This document shows positions 56,659-64,000 of a DNA stretch of 64,000 nt, in pieces. The DNA is from Sphingomonadales bacterium 32-65-25 (GTDB taxonomy: Bacteria > Pseudomonadota > Alphaproteobacteria > Sphingomonadales > Sphingomonadaceae). Below the pieces are notes generated by a model. That model was not told where the DNA came from. It did no database searches and saw nothing but the letters and a program-made list of their open reading frames with translations. How positions within the stretch are numbered: position 1 is the stretch's first letter; each line of letters begins with the position of its first letter. The stretch lies in the NCBI GenBank assembly GCA_002280855.1, contig NCEU01000006.1:38090-102089 (forward strand). Reading direction: 5' to 3'. A program made the position numbers and the translations under genes.

Positions 56659-57292
56659 GGCCGCGCGTGGTCATGATCAGATCGGCACCCAATTTCTTGC
56701 GGATGCGGGTGATGAACACTTCGATCGTGTTGGAATCGCGATCGAAATCCTGGTCATAGATATGTTCGATCAGTTCGGTGCGGCTCACCACCTTGCCCTT
56801 GTGGTGCATCAGGTAGGACAGCAGCTTGAACTCCTGCGCGGTCAATTTCACCGGTTCGCCGTTCAGCGTCACCCGACCCGAGCGGCCATCCAGGCGCACG
56901 CCGCCGGCGGTCAATTCCGACGTCGCCTGCCCTGCCGCCCGCCGGATGATGGCCCGCAGCCGGGCGACCAGTTCCTCGATCTGGAAGGGCTTGGCCAGAT
57001 AATCATCGGCGCCGGCATCCAGCCCGGCCACCTTGTCTGACCAACTGTCGCGCGCGGTCAGCACCAGAACGGGCATCACCCGGCCTTCGCGGCGCCAGCG
57101 GTCAAGCACAGTCAACCCGTCAAGGCCCGGCAGGCCCAGATCGAGGATCACCGCGTCATAGGCTTCGTTGGCGCCCAGATAATGGCCCTCTTCGCCGTCA
57201 CCGGCGGCGTCCACGGCATAGCCCGCCTGTTCCAGCGCATTCTTCAGCTGGCGACGCAGATTGGGTTCGTCTTCGACGATCAGTATTCGCAT
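56630..57292 (-). CDS. OmpR-family response regulator (PhoP/FeuP-like)
   Basis: VEDE, LDLGLP, LTARDSW.DKV.GLDAGADDY..KPF, SNTIEVFI.RIRKK. Confidence 0.96.
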   Translation of the reverse strand: MRILIVEDEPNLRRQLKNALEQAGYAVDAAGDGEEGHYLGANEAYDAVILDLGLPGLDGLTVLDRWRREGRVMPVLVLTARDSWSDKVAGLDAGADDYLAKPFQIEELVARLRAIIRRAAGQATSELTAGGVRLDGRSGRVTLNGEPVKLTAQEFKLLSYLMHHKGKVVSRTELIEHIYDQDFDRDSNTIEVFITRIRKKLGADLIMTTRGLGYSLNDQL

Positions 57293-57376
57293 TGGCCCCT
57301 GTCCACGAAAATCCTTGGCAACATGAAACCAACTCCTGTCTGGTTGGCGGCGTTGCCCGCGCCTCCCTGGCGGTTC

Positions 57377-57667
57377 TCAAAAACTCTGACGGCGCCGAAT
57401 GGGGGTGCCAGTACGGGCATCCACATCAACATTGATCAGATTGCCATCCTTCAAAAACCGAAAACGATAGGTGCGGCTGTTATGATCAAACTGCACGCCA
57501 ACATACTCACCCCGGTTTTCCTGCATCACACGGCGCTGGATCGGTTCCAGCGGCATGATCTCCCCGGCGCGCACCATGTCGTGCACGTCGTTGGGGCCAG
57601 CAAAGGCCGGTGACGCAGCCAACAAGGCCAGACCGGACAGGAAAGACAAGAAGATACGCACACACAT
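57377..57667 (-). CDS. Secreted PepSY-like protein
   Basis: Signal peptide, V..GEI.PL, DVDARTG; first gene of the two-component operon. Confidence 0.75.
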   Translation of the reverse strand: MCVRIFLSFLSGLALLAASPAFAGPNDVHDMVRAGEIMPLEPIQRRVMQENRGEYVGVQFDHNSRTYRFRFLKDGNLINVDVDARTGTPIRRRQSF

Positions 57668-57738
57668 GATCCCGTTTATCAACCGCGCTCAACAGGTTTT
57701 CGCGCCGGTTCCGACAACACCCATCTGCCCGCTGCCGC

Positions 57739-57755
57739 TTGAACCCGCCCTGAAC
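57739..57755 (-). promoter_or_regulatory. PhoP-type direct-repeat box
   Basis: GTTCAG-N5-GTTCAA (11-bp period) plus an extra GTTCA upstream. Confidence 0.6.
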
Positions 57756-57864
57756 ATGAACAGGATTCTGGCCTACAGCATCTGGCGATCTTGTGCCGCA
57801 TCGCCGCCATCAGTGCAACCGCTGCCTCTTGCCAGCCGCGGCAGGACAGGCCACTGCCTCCCCC

Positions 57865-59652
57865 ATGTCCCCTCCCCGGCCCGAACCCATTTTCACTCTT
57901 GAATCGATCGGACTGAAGAACGGCGCCGGTTGGCTGTTCCAAGGCCTGTCGCTCACCCTTGATGCACGCGACCGTGTCGCCCTGATCGGCCGCAACGGCG
58001 CCGGCAAATCCACGCTGCTGAAGATCATCGACGGCAGTATCGAACCGGATCAGGGCCGGCGCGCCCTCGCCGGCCGGCTGAAGATCGGCCGGCTGGAACA
58101 GGATCCGCCGATGGGCGATTTCGAAGCCCTGGAAGACTATGTGCTGGCCGGCGGCGCGCAGCCGCACGAAGTGGCGGCGCTGGCCGATCAGATCGGGCTC
58201 GATCTTGCCCGCCCCGCTGCCACGGCATCGGGCGGCGAACGTCGCCGCGCCGCGCTGGTGCGTGTGCTGGCCGAAGCGCCCGATCTGCTGCTGTTGGATG
58301 AACCGACCAACCATCTGGATATCGGCGCCATCGAATGGCTGGAAAACTGGCTTGATCGCAGCCGTTGCGCACTGGTCGTCATCAGCCATGATCGCGCCTT
58401 CCTCACCCGGTTGACGAAGAATTGCCTGTGGCTTGATCGCGGTATGCTGCGCCGCGCCGAAGTGGGTTTTGGTGGGTTCGATGCCTGGTCCGAAGCGGTG
58501 GCCGCAGAAGAAGAGCGCACTGCCCAGCGGCTCGACACGAAATTGCGCGCCGAAGAACATTGGCTGCAGCGCGGCGTGACCGCCCGGCGCAAACGCAACA
58601 TGGGCCGGCTTTCCAAGCTGATGGACCTGCGCGAAACCCGCCGCAGCCTGGATCGTGGGCCGACATCAGCGCGGATCGCCACCGAATCCAGCGATCCCGG
58701 CTCAAAGATCCTGATCGACGCCAAGGGCATATCGCTGGCGTTCGGTGATCGCGCCATCCTCAATGATTTCTCCTTGCGCATCCGCAAGGGTGATCGAATC
58801 GGCATCGTCGGCCCCAACGGTGCCGGCAAATCCACCCTGATCAAGCTGCTGCTCGGGCAGATCGCACCCGACAGCGGCACTATAACCCGCAGCGCCGCGC
58901 TGGCTCCCACCATCATCGATCAGCATCGCCAGCGGTTGAAAGGCCGCACAGTGCGCGAAGTGCTGGCCGATGGCGGCGAGTGGATCGAGGTGAACGGTTC
59001 CAAAAAGCATATCGCCGGCTATCTGAAGGAATATCTGTTCGATCCCGGCGTGATTGATGCGGCGGCCGAAACCCTGTCAGGCGGCGAACAGTCCCGCCTG
59101 TTGCTGGCACGCGAGTTCGCAACGCCATCGAACCTGATGGTGCTCGATGAGCCGACCAACGATCTCGACATGGAAACGCTCGATCTGATCGAGGAGGTGA
59201 TCGGCGATTATGCCGGCACCGTGGTGCTGGTCAGCCACGATCGCGCCTTCCTCGATCGGGTGGTAACGATGATCGTTGCCCTCGATGGCACCGGCAAGGT
59301 CGAAGTGAGCGTGGGCGGCTGGAGCGACTGGGTGGCACGTCAGGCACCGGCAGCGGCAGCAACCAAGGGCGGCCGGATCAGCGCCGCGACCCCAGCCAGC
59401 GCGCCCCGCAAGGCCGGCAAGCTCAGTTATAAGGACGCCCGCGAACTGGCCGAACTGCCTGCCCGCATCGCTGCGTTGGGCAAGGATATCGCCGCTCGCG
59501 AGACGGCGCTGGCCGATCCCGATCTCTACGCGAAGAACCCGCCGCGTTTTGCCGCGCTCACCACCGAACTGGATTCCTTACGCGAAACACTGGAAGCCGC
59601 GGAACTGCGCTGGCTGGAATTGGCGCAGATGGAAGAGCAGCTGGCAGGCTGA
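57865..59652 (+). CDS. ABC-F family ATPase (Uup-like)
   Basis: Two NBDs (GRNGAGKST, GPNGAGKST; SGGE; LDEPTN), no TM domain, C-terminal KLSYKD.REL..LP. Confidence 0.92.
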   Translation: MSPPRPEPIFTLESIGLKNGAGWLFQGLSLTLDARDRVALIGRNGAGKSTLLKIIDGSIEPDQGRRALAGRLKIGRLEQDPPMGDFEALEDYVLAGGAQPHEVAALADQIGLDLARPAATASGGERRRAALVRVLAEAPDLLLLDEPTNHLDIGAIEWLENWLDRSRCALVVISHDRAFLTRLTKNCLWLDRGMLRRAEVGFGGFDAWSEAVAAEEERTAQRLDTKLRAEEHWLQRGVTARRKRNMGRLSKLMDLRETRRSLDRGPTSARIATESSDPGSKILIDAKGISLAFGDRAILNDFSLRIRKGDRIGIVGPNGAGKSTLIKLLLGQIAPDSGTITRSAALAPTIIDQHRQRLKGRTVREVLADGGEWIEVNGSKKHIAGYLKEYLFDPGVIDAAAETLSGGEQSRLLLAREFATPSNLMVLDEPTNDLDMETLDLIEEVIGDYAGTVVLVSHDRAFLDRVVTMIVALDGTGKVEVSVGGWSDWVARQAPAAAATKGGRISAATPASAPRKAGKLSYKDARELAELPARIAALGKDIAARETALADPDLYAKNPPRFAALTTELDSLRETLEAAELRWLELAQMEEQLAG

Positions 59653-59679
59653 AACGGCAGCCGGCCAACAAGCTCCATC

Positions 59680-60987
59680 TCAGGCGACTTCAACGCCCGG
59701 CGGCACGTCCGGCTCGATATGGCTGGGCAGCACAACCCGCAGCGGGGCCGGGGCCACACGGCGGGTGTCGTGCGCGCGCACGAACTGCTCCATCACCGGC
59801 GCAACCACCTCGCGCCACTTGCGGCCGTTGAAGATGCCATAATGGCCGGCGCCAACAGCCATGTGATATTGCTTCTTGGCGTCGGGCAGGTTCACCGCCA
59901 GATCCAGCGCCGCCCGCGTCTGGCCGATGCCCGAGATATCGTCGCGCTCGCCTTCTATGGCCAGCAGCGCCGTGCGGGTGATCTTGGCCGGATCGGCAAT
60001 GCGGCCGCGATGTTCGAACTGGCCCGTGGCCAGCGCCTGACGCTGGAATACCAGATCGATGGTCTGCAGGTAGAATTCCGCGGTCATGTCGCAGACGGCG
60101 CGATATTCGTCATAGAAGGCCTTGGTGGCGTCCGCGGATTCTTCATCGCCATCCACCAGGTGCTTGAACATTTCCCAGTGTGATTTCATGTGGTTGGCCA
60201 GGTTCATCGACATGAAGCCCGACAATTGCAGATAGCCAGGATAAACCTTGCGGCCCGCACCCGGGTAGATGGCCGGCACGTCCTGAATCACCGTGTGTTC
60301 AAACCAGGCGAAGGGCCGTTTGAAGGCCAGATCGTTCACCGATGTCGGCGCTTTGCGCACATCCACCGGCCCGCCCATCATCGTCAGGCTGGGCGGGGTG
60401 CAGGGATGATCATCCTCGTTCATCAGCGCCACGGCAGCCAGCGCCGGTACCGACGGCTGACAAACCGCCAGCATGTGCGTATCCGGACCCAGTGCTTCGA
60501 GATACTCGATCAGATAATCGACATAGTCGTTGAGGTCGAAGCGGCCTTCACTGGTCGGCACCAGGCGGGCGTCGCGCCAATCGGTGATGTACACCTCGTG
60601 ATCGGGCAGCAACCGCTCCACCGTGCCGCGCAGCAACGTGGCATAATGGCCCGACATTGGCGCCACGATCAGGATGCGCGGATCACGCCGGCCAGTCACG
60701 TCACGCTGAAAATATTTGAGCTGGCCAAAGGGCTTCCTCAGCACCACGGCTTCGGTTACGGGCACCGACACGCCATCAACGATGGTGGTATGCAGATCGA
60801 ATGCCGGCTTGCCGCGCACTTCCACCGTGTGGGCAAACACTTCCAACGCCCGCGCCATCGATGGCGCTGTGGGCGACCAGGCCACCGGGTTGGCAAAGCT
60901 GAGCAACCAATCTGAACTGGATTGGGCCGCCAGGCCCATCCCTGCCAACCAGGCTTTCTGCATCTCAAAGGCGGTGTACAGCATCAA
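59680..60987 (-). CDS. phaZ: Intracellular polyhydroxyalkanoate depolymerase
   Basis: IVAPMSGHYATLLRGTV, AVCQP, MGGPVD, EGERDDISG.GQT, GHYGIFNG. Confidence 0.95.
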   Translation of the reverse strand: MMLYTAFEMQKAWLAGMGLAAQSSSDWLLSFANPVAWSPTAPSMARALEVFAHTVEVRGKPAFDLHTTIVDGVSVPVTEAVVLRKPFGQLKYFQRDVTGRRDPRILIVAPMSGHYATLLRGTVERLLPDHEVYITDWRDARLVPTSEGRFDLNDYVDYLIEYLEALGPDTHMLAVCQPSVPALAAVALMNEDDHPCTPPSLTMMGGPVDVRKAPTSVNDLAFKRPFAWFEHTVIQDVPAIYPGAGRKVYPGYLQLSGFMSMNLANHMKSHWEMFKHLVDGDEESADATKAFYDEYRAVCDMTAEFYLQTIDLVFQRQALATGQFEHRGRIADPAKITRTALLAIEGERDDISGIGQTRAALDLAVNLPDAKKQYHMAVGAGHYGIFNGRKWREVVAPVMEQFVRAHDTRRVAPAPLRVVLPSHIEPDVPPGVEVA

Positions 60988-61015
60988 ACATCCTTCCGGC
61001 GCAGCCGCGCATTTA

Positions 61016-61090
61016 ATGCACTGCCATATCGCACATGCAGCATAAACCGGAAATGAGCGTCGCGGTAAATTAATCTGCTGCAGTGCAACA
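61016..61090. promoter_or_regulatory. Clustered TGC-rich PhaR-like sites upstream of phaZ
   Basis: ATGCACTGCCATAT, GCACATGCAGCAT and CTGCTGCAGTGCAACA in an AT-rich spacer. Confidence 0.45.
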
Positions 61091-61181
61091 TTATTTGTAA
61101 CGGCTGCTGCCGCCGGAACTGTCGCAGGTGCTGGCCAGTGCTTGCCATTGAGTGCGGCTCATGGCCCTGCTATCAGCCCGC

Positions 61182-62972
61182 ATGGCTTCCAGACCACCCA
61201 AACCGCCACTGCCCCCGCCGGCCGAGCGCAAGCTTTCCCGCCTCGCCTTGCTGTGGCGGTTTGCCCGCGCCTATCCGCTGCAGCTATCGGCAGCGCTCGC
61301 CGCGCTGTGCGTTGCCGCGCTGACCACGCTGGCCATCCCCCAGGGGCTGAAAACCGTGGTGGACAATGGCTTTGCCCGCGGCAGTGATCCCACCGATATC
61401 GCGCCCTTCTTCGTGGGTTTCCTCGGGCTCGTCCTGCTGCTCGGGCTGGCGACGGCCGTGCGTTTCTTCTTCGTCTCGTGGATCGGCGAGCGCGTGGTGG
61501 CCGATCTGCGCACCGCCGTGCAGCGCCACCTCGTTACCCTTGATCCGGTGTTCTTCGAAGAAAACCGCCCAGCCGAAATCGCCAGCCGCATCACGTCTGA
61601 CACCGCGATCATCGAACAGGTGGTCGGCACCTCGGCCAGCCTGGCGCTGCGCAACACGGTGATGGGCATCGGCGGCATTGGTTATATGTTCTGGGTCAGC
61701 CCGCGCCTCACCTTGATGATGCTGCTGGTGATCCCGCTCACCATCGTTCCGATCTTCGTGCTCGGCCGCAAGGTGCGCGAAATCAGCCGCACCAGCCAGG
61801 ATCGGGTCGCCGATATGGGCACGATGGTTTCTGAAGTGCTGGGCGCCATCCGTATCGTGCAGGCCTTCACCCAGGAAGGCCGCGAAGCGAAGCGGTTCGG
61901 CGCCGCGGTGGAAAGCAGCTTCGATACTGCCAAGCGCCGCATCCGCCTGCGAGCGGTGATGACGGCGCTGGTAATCACCCTCGTGTTCGGCGCCATCACG
62001 CTGGTGCTGTGGCAAGGTGCGCTCGACGTGATTTCGGGCCGGCTTTCGGGCGGCGCCATCGCCGCTTTCGTGTTCGCTGCCGCCATCGTTGCCGGCGCGT
62101 TCGGCACACTCACCGAGGTGTATGGCGATTTCATGCGCGCGGCCGGCGCATCCGGCCGCATGGAAGAACTGCTCGCCGCGCGGCCGTTGATCCGCGCCCC
62201 GGCCGATCCGGTCGCCCTGCCCGCATCGCGGGGCGAACTGGAACTGGTGGATGTGCATTTCCACTATCCGTCCAAACCCGATGCCCCGGCGCTGAATGGC
62301 TTCACCCTGAAAGTGGCGCCGGGCGAAACGGTGGCCGTTGTCGGCCCGTCGGGTGCAGGCAAGTCCACCCTGTTTCAGCTGGTGCAGCGATTCTATGATC
62401 CGGAAGCCGGCGCGTTGCGGATCGACGGCGTTGCCTATCGCGACGCGGATCCGCACCAGATCCGCGAACGGATCGCCGTGGTCCCCCAGGAAACGGTGAT
62501 CTTTGCCACCAGCGCACTGGAAAATATCCGTTATGGCCGCCCGGAGGCGACCGAAGCTGAAGTGTGGGCCGCGGCCGAAGCCGCCCATGCCGATGGCTTC
62601 CTGAAAGACCTGCCCGAAGGCATCCACAGCTTCCTGGGCGAAAGCGGTACCAGGCTTTCCGGCGGCCAGCGCCAGCGCGTGGCCATCGCGCGCGCCATCT
62701 TGCGCAACGCGCCAATCCTGCTGCTCGATGAAGCCACCAGCGCGCTCGATGCCGAAAGCGAGCAGTTGGTGCAAGAAGCGCTCGACGGGCTGATGAAGCA
62801 GCGCACCACCCTGGTGATTGCCCACCGGCTCGCCACCGTGCGCGATGCCGACCGCATCGTTGTGCTCGACAAGGGCCGCATCGTTGCCGAAGGCACGCAC
62901 GACAGCCTGATGGCCGGCGGCGGGCTCTATGCGCGCCTTGCCCGGCTGCAGTTCGACCAGTTGGCGGCTTGA
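61182..62972 (+). CDS. ABC exporter, fused permease/ATPase (MsbA-like)
   Basis: Six TMs, GPSGAGKST, LSGGQRQR, LLDEATSALD, IAHRLATV. Confidence 0.93.
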   Translation: MASRPPKPPLPPPAERKLSRLALLWRFARAYPLQLSAALAALCVAALTTLAIPQGLKTVVDNGFARGSDPTDIAPFFVGFLGLVLLLGLATAVRFFFVSWIGERVVADLRTAVQRHLVTLDPVFFEENRPAEIASRITSDTAIIEQVVGTSASLALRNTVMGIGGIGYMFWVSPRLTLMMLLVIPLTIVPIFVLGRKVREISRTSQDRVADMGTMVSEVLGAIRIVQAFTQEGREAKRFGAAVESSFDTAKRRIRLRAVMTALVITLVFGAITLVLWQGALDVISGRLSGGAIAAFVFAAAIVAGAFGTLTEVYGDFMRAAGASGRMEELLAARPLIRAPADPVALPASRGELELVDVHFHYPSKPDAPALNGFTLKVAPGETVAVVGPSGAGKSTLFQLVQRFYDPEAGALRIDGVAYRDADPHQIRERIAVVPQETVIFATSALENIRYGRPEATEAEVWAAAEAAHADGFLKDLPEGIHSFLGESGTRLSGGQRQRVAIARAILRNAPILLLDEATSALDAESEQLVQEALDGLMKQRTTLVIAHRLATVRDADRIVVLDKGRIVAEGTHDSLMAGGGLYARLARLQFDQLAA

Positions 62973-62978
62973 GGCGCG

Positions 62979-63743
62979 TTATTGGGCGGTAAAGCCGCCG
63001 TCCACCACAAGTTCGGCGCCAGTGATGAAACTGGCATCATCGCTGGCCAGGAAAGCGATGGCATCGGCAATCTCGCGCGGCACGCCAAAGCGGCCGATCG
63101 GATGGGCGTTCATCAGCGCCACGCGCATCTCGTTGCCATCTTCCCGATCGGCCAGCGCATTGCTCACCATCGGCGTGTCGATGAAGCCGGGATGCACGCT
63201 GTTCACCCTGATGCCCAGCGGTGCCCATTCCAACGCCGCCGCCTTGGTAAGCAACGTGACCCCACCCTTTGACGCACAATAGGCCGCGGCCCCGGCCATC
63301 CCGACCTTGCCGAGGATGGAACTGAGGTTGATCACACTGCCACCGCCTGACGCGGCAATGCGCGGGCCGGCGTGGCGCAGGCCGAGGAACACGCCATCGA
63401 GATTGACCGCGAGGATCTGACGCCAGGCATCATAGCTGTGGTCCATCAGTTCGTGACGGCCGCCGGCCACACCGGCATTGTTGACCAGGATATCGAGCCG
63501 GCCGAAATCTTGAACGGCATGCTCAACAGCGGCGGCCCAATCAGGATGGCTGGTCACGTCGTGCAGGCGGAATGCGGCCTGACCGCCAGCGGCCGTGATG
63601 CCGGCAGCAATATCCTCGCCGGCCAGATCACGATCGGTCAACAATACCGCCGCGCCATCCTTGGCCAGCCGTCGCGCGGTTGCCGCGCCCAATCCCGAAG
63701 CCGCACCTGTAACCAGAGCCACCTTGCCTGAAAGTCGTGCCAT
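62979..63743 (-). CDS. SDR family oxidoreductase
   Basis: TGAASGLG, NNAG, YCASK, VNSVHPG..DTPM, VDGG. Confidence 0.95.
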   Translation of the reverse strand: MARLSGKVALVTGAASGLGAATARRLAKDGAAVLLTDRDLAGEDIAAGITAAGGQAAFRLHDVTSHPDWAAAVEHAVQDFGRLDILVNNAGVAGGRHELMDHSYDAWRQILAVNLDGVFLGLRHAGPRIAASGGGSVINLSSILGKVGMAGAAAYCASKGGVTLLTKAAALEWAPLGIRVNSVHPGFIDTPMVSNALADREDGNEMRVALMNAHPIGRFGVPREIADAIAFLASDDASFITGAELVVDGGFTAQ

Positions 63744-63906
63744 GTCGTGATCCTCTCCTGATTGCGAGGAGGCTAGGCTGGTTCAGGAGGCAGCGATACT
63801 GGGGGGATTGCGGGGTGTGGAATGTCTCGTTTGTCGGGGTGCCGGGCGGTCGGAGGCGGTAGCCCATTGGGCGCGGCCGGCGGCGGAGCCACGCTGTCAG
63901 ACAGGC

Positions 63907-63944
63907 AAAGAAAAAGGGCGGCCTGTTGAGGCCGCCCTTTTCTT
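63907..63944. terminator. Intrinsic, possibly bidirectional terminator
   Basis: AAAGAAAAA-GGGCGGCC-TGTTGA-GGCCGCCC-TTTTCTT. Confidence 0.85.
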
Positions 63945-64000
63945 CCTGCTGGCTGATCTTTCCGGAGCCGGTGAATAACGCTCAGCGTTGTGCACGCGCC

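Noticed and set aside
63982-64000. Possible 3' end of a minus-strand gene (...ARAQR*) upstream of the terminator
   Set aside because: Only six codons are visible, so it cannot be identified.
1-64000. CRISPR arrays, IS elements, rRNA, and the many long Arg/Ala/Pro-rich antisense or alternate-frame ORFs
   Set aside because: No repeat-spacer periodicity, transposase or rRNA sequence was seen. The extra ORFs are the expected stop-poor shadows of GC-rich genes and show no family motifs.

Overview
GC-rich alphaproteobacterial chromosome segment; gene content and protein sequences point to a Sphingomonadales-like organism (inference). Most of it is housekeeping: petAB, hemF, grxD-bolA-DUF1476, purC, coaBC-dut-moeB, a class A PBP, thyA-folA, ribF-ileS-lspA, aroC-fabI, tamAB, lapA-pyrF-trpFBA-accD-folC, map, ispB, a PepSY/PhoP-PhoQ-like (FeuNPQ-type) system, uup and phaZ. 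It has two tRNA genes (His-GUG, Arg-UCU). I found no CRISPR array, integrase, transposase or phage structural gene. Best leads: (1) a divergent XRE repressor / DUF6456 (GafZ-like) pair with a perfect palindromic operator, followed by sodC, which is a candidate gene-transfer-agent or antitermination switch next to tRNA-His; (2) an orphan luxI homolog, then a structured leader, then a shortened nfrB-like glycan synthase and an nfrA-like export gene, all co-oriented; (3) in-frame low-GC, atypical-codon patches inside the essential ileS; (4) a persulfide-dioxygenase remnant and an unannotated DUF2892 gene with a perfect FNR box at the 3' end of an atypical tRNA-Arg; (5) several recognisable operators and promoters. 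Family assignments come from motif recognition only; no database search was run.
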